Assembly: GCA_963976765.1 (NCBI GenBank) | Contig: CAXBME010000004.1 | Location: forward strand, 371,805 to 391,804 | Length of the DNA stretch: 20,000 bases | Direction: 5' to 3' | Source of the DNA: an uncultured Planctomycetaceae bacterium | GTDB lineage: Bacteria > Planctomycetota > Planctomycetia > Planctomycetales > Planctomycetaceae | Shown: positions 8,629 through 17,592 of the stretch, piece after piece | Layout: each line of letters starts with the position of its first letter | Position numbering within the stretch: position 1 is the stretch's first letter | The notes under the pieces: model-generated | The model's database searches: none | What the model saw: only the letters and a program-made list of their open reading frames with translations | What the model was told of the DNA's origin: nothing | Translations under genes and position numbers: made by a program

Positions 8629-10478
8629 CCAGGTCCGTCCATCCAACAGAACGACTTTTCCAAACCATTCGTGAGTGTCACGTTGCGCGACATGCGTGCG
8701 TCCTGTTTGTCAGTCTGGCGATTGTGGCCGGCACGTCTGCGGCTGCCGACAACGGTTTCCTGCGCGGCGTCAACCAACTGCTGGAATTACCCCTGCCGGT
8801 AACTGCAAATCATCAACCCAGATCGACGATTCGAATCATTCCCGCACCGACTCCGAGTGCGGTCAACCAATCATCACACCGCACGGGCAAAGTTGTTTCC
8901 AACAGTTCCATGTCCGTGACACTGCCCGTGGCTGCTCAAGGAAACAGGCCGAAACAGGATCTGCGCAGTTCCGACATTCGTGATGCGAATCAACCGGCGG
9001 CAGCTGAAACTTCCCGAGCGGAGCAGAGGCAGTTCCAGCCTGCCGCTTTCGTCGCAGTAGCTGCCGAAGTGCCCGCGATAGCCAGCTTCTCGATCGAAAC
9101 TGCTGAGCCGCTGCCGCCACTGGCGGAAGAGCTTCAACGCTTCGGCGGTTCGTCGCTTTACGAAGCCGAGGGCGAACACGCTGGCTCCCCCTTCGTTCAT
9201 CACGGCGACGATCACGTCAGGAATCTCCGGCTGCCGGAGTCGTGGGAGAAGCCACTGCCGCCGGTAACGGCATACCAGGAGTTCGTTGGCGCCGACCCGA
9301 TCGGCTCGTGGGATGGTTTGAACTGGTTTGGCGACGACGGATTTCAGTGGGAACCGCGACTCGTCGCGCATGGCTCGTATGAAATGTTCGGACTGTTTCT
9401 TGAGCAGGGTGGCACTCGTCAGGACGCCATCGGCCATCAACTGATCGTGGATGTCGATCTGCAACTAACCGGAACCGAACGTGCTCACGTCCAGTTTCGC
9501 CCACTCGGTCGCCGCAACACCGGCGGCTCGTTCTTTCGTCTCGATGACCCAACCGGGTTCGACGACAACTCCACCGGCATTCCCGACCGCTGGTGGATCG
9601 AGGGCGAATTCTACAGCCTGTTCGGCGGACTTATCGACGACGAGTTTACGCCACTGGATTACCACATCACCGTCGGGAAAGTTCCATACGCCGTTCACAA
9701 CTCGCTGCTGATCAACGACGAAGTCACCGGCGTCATCGTCAACAAGAATACGCTGCTGATTCCGCCGCTCAGCAACCTGAATATTCAGGGCTTTTATTTT
9801 TTCGACGATGTCGACACGGCAACGCCACACTCGACCGAACTGGTTGGCATGCACGCCTCTGCCGACTGGCGAAACGCGTTTATCGAAGGAACGGTCGCTT
9901 ACGTCAGCCATTCAGACGACGCGAGTTTTGACTCGCGCTACGCCGCTGTCAGCGCGACAAAATTTTTCGGGCCGGTAACGCTGGCTGGCCGAGCACTCTT
10001 CAAAGACGGAGACGAAGCCGGAACAGGTGACGGAGCTTTGTTCGTGGTCGAGAGCAACCTGACGCGACTGGCTCCCCACGAAATCAGCTGCGTGACCGGC
10101 ATCGAACACGCCGTCTTCTACGGAAACTTCTTCAAAGCAACCAGCGGTTGGAGCCCGATCAGCGGAGCCAACTTCAACCGGCTGAGAAGTTCCTTCGCGG
10201 TCGATCCGCTGATCCGAATCGGTCAGGGCTTGAACCCATCCGACACGACCGGTGCCTCACTCGGCGTCCAGCTTTTTCGCGACCACGAGGATGAGTCAAT
10301 CACTCCCGAAGTCGCCTGGGAGCAACCACAGGGCGACTCCGTCTGGGGCGTGGGTCTGCGTTGGCAACGAAAACTCGGTCCTCAGATTTTCCTGGACGCG
10401 TCGGGGCTGATCTCCTGGTCAGACAACCGCCAACTCGAACGCGAAGGCATCTTCATTTCGACGTTTGTCCTCTTCTGA
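8625..10478 (+). CDS. Hypothetical protein, predicted outer-membrane beta-barrel with a long N-terminal extension
   Basis: Signal-peptide-like segment (CVLFVSLAIVAGTSAAA). About 18 alternating amphipathic segments in the C-terminal ~375 aa (e.g. LIVDVDLQL, FIEGTVAYV, WGVGLRWQRK, IFLDASGLISW). Ends in Phe (GIFISTFVLF). ATGA overlap with the cytochrome gene. Confidence 0.75.
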   Translation: MTRSVHPTERLFQTIRECHVARHACVLFVSLAIVAGTSAAADNGFLRGVNQLLELPLPVTANHQPRSTIRIIPAPTPSAVNQSSHRTGKVVSNSSMSVTLPVAAQGNRPKQDLRSSDIRDANQPAAAETSRAEQRQFQPAAFVAVAAEVPAIASFSIETAEPLPPLAEELQRFGGSSLYEAEGEHAGSPFVHHGDDHVRNLRLPESWEKPLPPVTAYQEFVGADPIGSWDGLNWFGDDGFQWEPRLVAHGSYEMFGLFLEQGGTRQDAIGHQLIVDVDLQLTGTERAHVQFRPLGRRNTGGSFFRLDDPTGFDDNSTGIPDRWWIEGEFYSLFGGLIDDEFTPLDYHITVGKVPYAVHNSLLINDEVTGVIVNKNTLLIPPLSNLNIQGFYFFDDVDTATPHSTELVGMHASADWRNAFIEGTVAYVSHSDDASFDSRYAAVSATKFFGPVTLAGRALFKDGDEAGTGDGALFVVESNLTRLAPHEISCVTGIEHAVFYGNFFKATSGWSPISGANFNRLRSSFAVDPLIRIGQGLNPSDTTGASLGVQLFRDHEDESITPEVAWEQPQGDSVWGVGLRWQRKLGPQIFLDASGLISWSDNRQLEREGIFISTFVLF

Positions 10479-10528
10479 GACGCGGTGGAATACCGGCAAG
10501 AGGGCGCAGGGTGCTGACGAATTCCGTT

Positions 10529-11761
10529 TCAATCTCGGACTCGAACTCCGTTCTGATCCGCCGGTGGAACCAGCAGCGTCGACAACACCTGAGCGTAGAC
10601 GCGGTGCCCGAAATCATTGGGATGATTCACGCCATTGCCCGTGAGATCCCAGTCCTGTTTTCGATTCAGGAATTCTGTCCAGATGGATGTCATGTCTGCC
10701 AGGGCAATTCCAGGCTCGCAGAGTTCCTGCAGCGCGTTGCGGTACTGCGGGAACAGTTCCTGTTTGAGTCTGGGCCAGTCTCGATTGCCCAGCATCGTGG
10801 CCACAAGAATAAATTCGGCGTTCGGCAGCGTTTCGCGAATCTTCGTCATAACGGCCTTCGTATTCGCCTGATACTCCTTCGCCGATCGTCCGGCGGCATC
10901 GTTCATTCCGAACGCGACGATGACCAGATCTGGATTCGGCGCGACAACCAGATCGATTGCTGACAGCACCCATCGCGTATCTTTGCCGCTGACCGAAGGG
11001 TTCGTCATCTGGACTTCTGATTGATACTCAGCTTCCAAATGTTGCTGCAGTAAACCGGGAAATGGCGGTTGATAAGGCGCTCCGCCAGCCCAGCCTGAAG
11101 CGTTGCATCCTGACGAGATGCTGTCGCCAATCAGGACGATCGAAACAGGCTTTCCGTTTCGCAGTCGGCCGATGGTGCGCGGCAGGGCCTGCTCATCGAA
11201 CTTTGGAATGATCGCTTCCCAGTCCTCAGACTCATGCCGGTACGTGATGCAGGTCTGCATGTGGTGATATTCAAGCTTCGCCCCGAAGAAAATTTCTCCG
11301 TTGCCGTCGCGATGAGTCAGCTTGTACTTCTGAGAATCATCCGGACGCCGCAGGTCGGCCGGTGTGTAAGACGCAATTCGTGAACCGGCAGGCAGAGTGA
11401 TCTCACGGGAGCCCGGCTTCCACAAATAATCGCGTCCCTCTTCGTAGGTCTTCTCGCCCGCTGAATTCTGAATGCTCAGGACATCGACAATCGGCGACAG
11501 CACCGACGCCTTCGCGATGCCGGTTTTCGGATCCCGGATGAACAGCATCGACTCGCCTTCAATGGTGTCGCCCTGCCAGAACGGACGAAGCAGCCGCGAC
11601 TGGTAGTTCCATTTGGAAGTTGCAGGCTCGTCAGCAACGATCGAACTCACCGACAGCGACACCAGCATGACGACGCTCAGAGGCAACGCGCACAAGGTAC
11701 ACCTGTCGAACAGTGAGGCTGATTGTGGATACGGGTGGCTTTGTCGAGTCAGCTTGTTCAA
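10529..11761 (-). CDS. Exported SGNH/GDSL-family hydrolase with an extra N-terminal domain
   Basis: Block I IVLIGDSIS, block II SVSG, block III AFGMND, block V NGVNHPNDFGH; signal-peptide-like LPLSVVMLVSLSVSSIVA. TTG start with GGAG about 6 nt upstream (start uncertain). Confidence 0.88.
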   Translation of the reverse strand: MNKLTRQSHPYPQSASLFDRCTLCALPLSVVMLVSLSVSSIVADEPATSKWNYQSRLLRPFWQGDTIEGESMLFIRDPKTGIAKASVLSPIVDVLSIQNSAGEKTYEEGRDYLWKPGSREITLPAGSRIASYTPADLRRPDDSQKYKLTHRDGNGEIFFGAKLEYHHMQTCITYRHESEDWEAIIPKFDEQALPRTIGRLRNGKPVSIVLIGDSISSGCNASGWAGGAPYQPPFPGLLQQHLEAEYQSEVQMTNPSVSGKDTRWVLSAIDLVVAPNPDLVIVAFGMNDAAGRSAKEYQANTKAVMTKIRETLPNAEFILVATMLGNRDWPRLKQELFPQYRNALQELCEPGIALADMTSIWTEFLNRKQDWDLTGNGVNHPNDFGHRVYAQVLSTLLVPPADQNGVRVRD

Positions 11762-11932
11762 GGCATGCTCCGAATCTGACGTAAAAAAACATCATGGCCG
11801 ACACCGAGCATCATCTTTGGCTCGGCATCTCGCAACTGTTCGTGACCAAAGCGTGACAGCCGCGACTGATGAAAGAATCACGCAACGGCGTGCACAACGC
11901 GAACTGGTCTTGTGACGATTGGCGATCGATTC

Positions 11933-11979
11933 TAAATTTGGCCACCCAAATTTGGACGGACAAATTTGCCAGATCAAAT
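11933..11979. promoter_or_regulatory. Array of (C/T)AAATTTG palindromic boxes with 14-bp period; putative operator of the BlaI-like repressor
   Basis: AAATTTG at 11934, 11948 and 11962, plus a degenerate CAAAT with AAAT at 11976. All are exactly 14 bp apart and end about 28 nt before the repressor ATG. Confidence 0.6.
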
Positions 11980-12006
11980 CGACGGCCACTCAGACAAGGA
12001 GGCGAC

Positions 12007-12396
12007 ATGGCCGGAACGCAGACAAAGGAACTGACTGAGCGAGAGCTCGCGGTGATGAGAACTTTCTGGGACGACGGCGAGGCGACTGCAGACGAGGCTC
12101 GCCAGCGGCTGGCCGAAACCGGCGTTGAACTCGCCTATGTCACGGTGGCAAACGTTGTCCGAGGACTGGAAGACAAGGGCTTCCTGAAGCAGCTCAATAA
12201 ATCCCGCCCGTTTCAGTATCGCGCCGCGCGGTCGTTTGACGATGTTTCCAAACGGCTGGTCGGCGACCTGGTCGAACGACTGTTTGACGGCTCACGGCAG
12301 AAACTGCTGGTTCAGGTTCTGAACAAGCGACGGCTGTCAAAAACCGAACGCGAGTTCCTCAAGCAGATCCTGGTGGATCAGGGAGAGGACGTATGA
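12007..12396 (+). CDS. BlaI/MecI/CopY-family transcriptional repressor
   Basis: LTERELAVMRTFW, helix LAYVTVANVVRGLEDKGFL and LVERLFDGS; strong RBS AAGGAGG before ATG 12007; 129 aa. Confidence 0.93.
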   Translation: MAGTQTKELTERELAVMRTFWDDGEATADEARQRLAETGVELAYVTVANVVRGLEDKGFLKQLNKSRPFQYRAARSFDDVSKRLVGDLVERLFDGSRQKLLVQVLNKRRLSKTEREFLKQILVDQGEDV

Positions 12397-14462
12397 CGTC
12401 GCTCGATCTATTTCTGAGCCTTGCCCGAATCACCACTGTCGGATTTCTGGCCATCGTTGCCGGGTACTGTTTGCTGCGTCGCCGGCCGGAGATTGTTCTC
12501 GGGCTTTCGTTGGCCGGGCTGCTTTCTGGTTGCGTGCTGCTGGCCGCTTCCGGAAGCGAATGGCCAACTCTCTGGGAATCGTCAATCTCAGTGACTGATC
12601 CGGTTCTGCCTTCGGATTCTGGTGGCCAGAATTCTCAGCTCACGAAGAGACCTTTAAGCAACTTCGGGATGTCCCTCACGGATATCGGGCGGTTTGTTCG
12701 AAAGCTCGACGTGGCTGATTCAGGAACTGCCTCGACGAAGAGACTGAACCTGCTCACCGTCTTCGGAGTCCTGGTCGCCCTGGCCGTCGCTCGAATTCTT
12801 GCTGGGCTTATCTCCACGGCCTGCTTTCACCAGCGAAGCAAGGTTGTCACCAGCGATCGCCTGCAGAAACTGTTGTCTGTGTTTGCCGCAAACGTAGAAG
12901 GCGGTTACGCACTGGAATTTCGCGTCTCGCGGCAGATTCACGCTCCATGCGTGACGGCAATCAGTCAGCGTTGCATATATCTGCCAGAGAATTGGAATGA
13001 CTTTTCCGAGGACGAGCTTGAGGCCGCGATCACGCACGAGCTTGGCCACCTGAACCGTCAAGATGCTCGGTGGCGTCTGCTGGCTCAACTCGCCACCGCG
13101 TTCCAGGTGTTTCACCCATTGTCGCACGGCCTGCTCCGCCAACTGGTGCTTGCTCAGGAACTGTCCGCCGACCAGTGGGCCGCTGACGTAATCGGCCAAT
13201 CCCGATTTGTCCGTGGAATTTCTCAACTGGCTTTACGACTTGACCATGCTGCCCTCCCGCGACGGTCCCAGGGAATCGGGATGTCGCACTCTTCTTCATT
13301 TCTGATCAGGAGGATCAAGATGCTTCGCAATGGAATGCCCGCCCACCGAAGAAAGACTCACTCGCTCACCAGAAAGTTTGCCGCACTGTCAATTTTTGCG
13401 ATCGCTTTCGTGGCCTCGTCATGGACTCTTTCGGCTGAGGAGCCAGTTCGAGTTGCGGCTCGAATCATTGATCCTTTGACAGAAAAACAACCAGAAATCG
13501 ACACAGATCTCTGGAACATCCTGCCAGGCAGAACTGGCTACTGGTCCCTGAATTTCCAGGCAGCTCTCAAGCACCAACTTATCGGCGAGTGGCTCAATCA
13601 GGCTGACGCAGTGTTCATCACGCCAGGCTGGATGATGATTGCGAAGGATGAAGCCAGGGGGCAGCGACGGGAGCTTGGTCTGTCGCTCCGGAACCTGGCA
13701 ACCTTGTCTGGCACGGTGATGATGGAAACAACACGGATCGAAGACGACGACAGCGAAAAGACTTTTCGCACCAACGTGACGACAAGCGAGATGATCCTTC
13801 GGATGCGAAAGGATGTCGATTGGTCATCGGTCGCAGCCGCTCTGCCGGAAGAGCGGCTCGACGCAGCAATTCGGGATCTGGCCGGACCCCAGATATCCGA
13901 AGATCAAGCCGAACAACTCACTCAGCTCGACATGTTTGCTGATTTCTTTGCAAAACAAACGGACCCTCGACGATTTATCTTCAAACAGGATCCGGAAAAA
14001 CCAGAGGCAACCTCACCGGTGATCAAATCGCTGTGGAATGAGTACAGCGGCGAGATCGCTACCATGATCGTGAAACTCCCGTTGTTCAGCGGCCAGACCG
14101 AATCGGAAATGGCCACGCTGATGCAGAACCTTCACGAGACTGGTGAGTACGAGGTTGTCGGAGTTGACCCGTCAGTCGAGCCTGAAAAGATCAGAATGAC
14201 CATTGGGCTGACGGTTCGAGAAGGCAAATCAACGGAACAACTTCTGGCGGCGATGTCTGCCGTCATTGATGCGAGCATCAAAGAATTCGATGCGGACCAT
14301 GCCAACGACGAGCCGCTGGATGCCTCAGAAGAAGCAATCTTTCAATTTCTTAAAACCGTCAAGCCAGAAATTCGAAAGTCGTCCAACCCAGCAACGCCCA
14401 GCGCCGTGATGCTTGAAGGGGATGTCATGCCAACGGCCCTGTGGCTGGCAATCGGCGGCTGA
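12393..14462 (+). CDS. M56-family (BlaR1/MecR1-like) membrane metallopeptidase with an uncharacterised C-terminal extracytoplasmic domain
   Basis: N-terminal TM helices, zinc motif THELGH (13035-13049), FHPL, ELSADQWA, LIRRIKML, then a TM/signal segment. ATGA overlap with the BlaI-like gene. Confidence 0.92.
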   Translation: MTSLDLFLSLARITTVGFLAIVAGYCLLRRRPEIVLGLSLAGLLSGCVLLAASGSEWPTLWESSISVTDPVLPSDSGGQNSQLTKRPLSNFGMSLTDIGRFVRKLDVADSGTASTKRLNLLTVFGVLVALAVARILAGLISTACFHQRSKVVTSDRLQKLLSVFAANVEGGYALEFRVSRQIHAPCVTAISQRCIYLPENWNDFSEDELEAAITHELGHLNRQDARWRLLAQLATAFQVFHPLSHGLLRQLVLAQELSADQWAADVIGQSRFVRGISQLALRLDHAALPRRSQGIGMSHSSSFLIRRIKMLRNGMPAHRRKTHSLTRKFAALSIFAIAFVASSWTLSAEEPVRVAARIIDPLTEKQPEIDTDLWNILPGRTGYWSLNFQAALKHQLIGEWLNQADAVFITPGWMMIAKDEARGQRRELGLSLRNLATLSGTVMMETTRIEDDDSEKTFRTNVTTSEMILRMRKDVDWSSVAAALPEERLDAAIRDLAGPQISEDQAEQLTQLDMFADFFAKQTDPRRFIFKQDPEKPEATSPVIKSLWNEYSGEIATMIVKLPLFSGQTESEMATLMQNLHETGEYEVVGVDPSVEPEKIRMTIGLTVREGKSTEQLLAAMSAVIDASIKEFDADHANDEPLDASEEAIFQFLKTVKPEIRKSSNPATPSAVMLEGDVMPTALWLAIGG

Positions 14463-14481
14463 GACTCAGCGGTCAAAGACA

Positions 14482-14513
14482 AAACGCCGTTGCCGCGCCT
14501 GGCAACGGCGTTT
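14482..14513. terminator. Probable bidirectional Rho-independent terminator between the convergent M56 and sulfatase genes
   Basis: 13-bp inverted repeat AAACGCCGTTGCC-gcgcct-GGCAACGGCGTTT with short A/T tracts on both sides. Confidence 0.8.
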
Positions 14514-14542
14514 CTGCAGGTCGGTCATCGAGCAGGAATCCT

Positions 14543-15940
14543 CTACATCGGGGCAATTCGTTTTGAGCCGACGTCGGTTGTCTGCATGACGTGTGAGTTG
14601 AAGCTCTTCCAGATCAGCTCGTTGCGAACATTCGCAAAATCGGGGTGATCCCACAGGTCGTTGAATTCCCAGGAGTCAGCCTGCAGGTCGTACAGTTCGC
14701 CGAGTTGCTGATCGTGGTAAACGGTCAGTTTGTATTGCTCATCGCGATACATCGTCGCGTAACTTCCCGGGCCGCCGGTGAAGAATGGATCGAGCGCCTC
14801 GAAGTATTCGCTTCGCACGGTGTCGCGAAGTTTTGATCCGTCTGCTTCGCCACGTAGTACGGGCAACAGACTGTGGCCCTGGAAGTAGTCGGGAATTTCG
14901 ACGCCGCACAAATCGAGAATCGTCGCGGACATGTCGAGCAACTCGACCAGCCCGTCGCACTGCACGTTCTGCTGAAACTGTCCCGGCCACGAGAAGATCA
15001 ACGGCACGCGGACGAGCCCTTCGTAGAAGCGGCAGCCCTTAAACATCAGCCCGTGATCGCCCAGCGTTTCTCCATGATCGCTGGTAAAGATGATAACGGT
15101 GTTGTCTCGCTGGCCGGTCTGGTCGAGACATTCAAGGATTCTCGCAAACTGATCGTCGATCAGCGCGATCATTGCATAGTACTTTGCCTGAGCGTCCTTC
15201 GCGTTGTGATCTTCCGGTCGTTTGACTTCTCCCTGAAAATCGACGTTCGCCAGTTTCGCCTGGTGGGCGAGGTCGCTTTCCTGGAAGTACGGACCGGGCA
15301 TGTCTTCCGCTTTGAACTGGTCGGCGTACGACTTCGGCGGAATGAACGGCGGGTGTGGATCGTAAATATTAACGTTGAGCAGCCAGGGCTGGTCGCGCTC
15401 GCGAGAGATGAACTCGATCGCCCGTTCTGACGCCCAGGTCGTTTGATGAAACTCAGCCGGAACTCGCTCGTCACTGTCCCGCATCGCGTTGAGATCGCCG
15501 CCTTTGGCACGGACCCAGTCGGCGTAGTCGTGTGTGCCTTCGGGCCAGTCGTCGCGAGGGGCATGGCTATGCCACCAGTCCGTAAAGCCATCATCAAGTC
15601 GCGGTTCCGGACGATGCCCGCCGCTTGTCAGGTGAAACTTTCCGATGAGACTACAGTCGTAGCCCGAGTCGGCGATCAGCCTGCTGATCAGCGGTGGCGA
15701 ATCGGGAAACGTGTCGTTGCCGTTTCGAGTGTTGTGAACCCGGCTCGGGTACAGGCCGGTCATGATGCTGGCTCGACTGGGCGTGCAAATCGGGCTTTGA
15801 CAATACGTCTGCGTAAAAGCCACGCCTTCGCCGACCAGAGCATCGATATTTGGCGTGCGAACGTGCTCGTTCCCCAGGGCCTTTATCGTGTCAAACCGTT
15901 GCTGATCGGTGCAGTACCACAGAATGTTTGGTCGAGTCAT
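14543..15940 (-). CDS. Formylglycine-dependent (S1) sulfatase, probably cytoplasmic
   Basis: RPNILWYCTDQQR, CTPSRASIMTG (CxPxR), IGKFH, PHPP, FTSDHG, RVPLI and ELYDL. No signal peptide. Confidence 0.95.
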   Translation of the reverse strand: MTRPNILWYCTDQQRFDTIKALGNEHVRTPNIDALVGEGVAFTQTYCQSPICTPSRASIMTGLYPSRVHNTRNGNDTFPDSPPLISRLIADSGYDCSLIGKFHLTSGGHRPEPRLDDGFTDWWHSHAPRDDWPEGTHDYADWVRAKGGDLNAMRDSDERVPAEFHQTTWASERAIEFISRERDQPWLLNVNIYDPHPPFIPPKSYADQFKAEDMPGPYFQESDLAHQAKLANVDFQGEVKRPEDHNAKDAQAKYYAMIALIDDQFARILECLDQTGQRDNTVIIFTSDHGETLGDHGLMFKGCRFYEGLVRVPLIFSWPGQFQQNVQCDGLVELLDMSATILDLCGVEIPDYFQGHSLLPVLRGEADGSKLRDTVRSEYFEALDPFFTGGPGSYATMYRDEQYKLTVYHDQQLGELYDLQADSWEFNDLWDHPDFANVRNELIWKSFNSHVMQTTDVGSKRIAPM

Positions 15941-16004
15941 GTTGCCTTGTGATGTCCTGAGGAATTGACTGAATCAATCGTGCCTGTCGATTGATTCCTG
16001 TCAC

Positions 16005-17501
16005 TTAGGTTGAAGACTGGGTGGGAATGTTAGCTTCCCGGCGGCGTTGAATCAGCGGTACGGCCAGCAGAACGGCGCTGATGACAAGAAACACTGCCGA
16101 CATCGGTCGAGTCACGAGCGGCAAATAGCTTCCGCCCGAAGCCATCAGTCCCGCGCACAGATTGCTCTCGGCGACCGGTCCGAGCACGAAGCCAATGACA
16201 AACGGTGCCAGCGGGATTCGCAGCTTCTCCATCCCGAAACCAACCAACCCAAAGAGCAGCATCACCCAGACGTCAAACATGCGGTTGCTCAGAGCGTACG
16301 AGCCAACAACGCAGAATGTCAGAATGACGGGGATCAGGAATGCTCGTGGAACATCGGTCAGGCGGGCGATCTGCCGCACAGCCAGTACCAGAAAGCCGAA
16401 CATGAAAAAGTTCGCAATAAAGTACGTTCCCATGATCGTGTAGATCAAAGACGGGCTTTGCTTGAACAGCAGCGGCCCAGGCTGCAATCCGTGCAGAACG
16501 AGTGCTCCCAGCAGAATTGCGTCGATCACGCTGCCGGGAATTCCCATCGCGACGAGCGGAATCAGTGCTCCGCCGACCGTTGCATTGTTCGCAGATTCTG
16601 AAGCAATGATGCCTTCTTCGCTGCCGTGTCCGAATTTCTCGGGAGTCTCTGAGAAAGTACGGGCGGCTGAGTAGGCGGCAACCGATCCGATGTTGGCACC
16701 AATGCCGGGCAGGATGCCGATCCATGTTCCGATGATCGACGACCGAAGCATATTCACCCAGTGAAGCTTCCAGTCTGCCAGTGTGGGAAACAGCTTCTGT
16801 TTTGCCAGCGGAACCTGCTCGATCGAACCATCGATTCTCAGCACGTCGCTGATCACCTGGCTCAACGCGAACAGCCCGATCAGTACTGGCAGCAGCTTGA
16901 GTCCGCCGTTCAATTCTTCGAACCCCAGAGTCATCCGCAATTCGCCAGTCGCCTCAGCGACGCCAGGCATCGCGCAAAGAATTCCGAGCAAACCGGAAAA
17001 CAGCGCGGCACTCAGCGACTTCCCGCCGACTGAGGCAATCAGGACCAGGGCCATCATGACGAGTGAGAAAAATTCGAACGGGCCGAATTTCGTTGACAGT
17101 TCGGCCATCGGTTCTGACAGCGCGATCAGGAACAACCACGACACGAGGCCGCCAGCGAACGAGGCCATGATGCTCAGCGTCAGCGCGCGACCGGGCTGCC
17201 CTCCCCTGGCCATCGGGTAGCCGTCCAGCGTCGTCATGACCGAAGCCGGCGTGCCAGGCATCCGGAGCAACGTCGCGGTAATCAGTCCGCCACTGATCGA
17301 GCCGACATACATACTGACGAGCAGGATCATCGCATTTCCCGCGTCCATCGAGTACGTCAGTGGCAGCGTCAGCGCGATCAGCATCGCCCCGGTGAGACCG
17401 GGAATCGCCCCGACGAGAATTCCAAGGCTCGTGCCGATGGCGATCAGAATCAGCCCGGTCGGAGCGATCAGAAGTTGTATGGCTTCTTCAGTAGATGACA
17501 C
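16005..17501 (-). CDS. tctA: Tripartite tricarboxylate transporter large permease TctA
   Basis: GAIPGL, PGTPAS..TTLDGYPMA, GILPGIG, ESANNA, GIPGS and GLQPGP; polytopic membrane protein of 498 aa. Confidence 0.93.
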   Translation of the reverse strand: MSSTEEAIQLLIAPTGLILIAIGTSLGILVGAIPGLTGAMLIALTLPLTYSMDAGNAMILLVSMYVGSISGGLITATLLRMPGTPASVMTTLDGYPMARGGQPGRALTLSIMASFAGGLVSWLFLIALSEPMAELSTKFGPFEFFSLVMMALVLIASVGGKSLSAALFSGLLGILCAMPGVAEATGELRMTLGFEELNGGLKLLPVLIGLFALSQVISDVLRIDGSIEQVPLAKQKLFPTLADWKLHWVNMLRSSIIGTWIGILPGIGANIGSVAAYSAARTFSETPEKFGHGSEEGIIASESANNATVGGALIPLVAMGIPGSVIDAILLGALVLHGLQPGPLLFKQSPSLIYTIMGTYFIANFFMFGFLVLAVRQIARLTDVPRAFLIPVILTFCVVGSYALSNRMFDVWVMLLFGLVGFGMEKLRIPLAPFVIGFVLGPVAESNLCAGLMASGGSYLPLVTRPMSAVFLVISAVLLAVPLIQRRREANIPTQSST

Positions 17502-17592
17502 GCGACAGTTTCATGGTTTAGTTACGAGGAAAGTGACGCAGGGTGCAGCTTGAGCACCACAGCTTCAGATGAAGTGATGGTAGAGACGTCTC

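Noticed and set aside
11933..11979. Periodic repeats considered as a mini-CRISPR or iterons
   Set aside because: The 14-bp period with 7-8-bp cores is far too short for CRISPR, and there are no cas or rep genes nearby.
11869..12006. 46-codon extension of the BlaI-like ORF
   Set aside because: A strong AAGGAGG precedes ATG 12007, family similarity starts there, and the extension overlaps the putative operator.
12393..14462. Interpretation as beta-lactam resistance regulation (true blaR1/blaI)
   Set aside because: No penicillin-binding motifs are seen in the sensor region and there is no beta-lactamase in the window.
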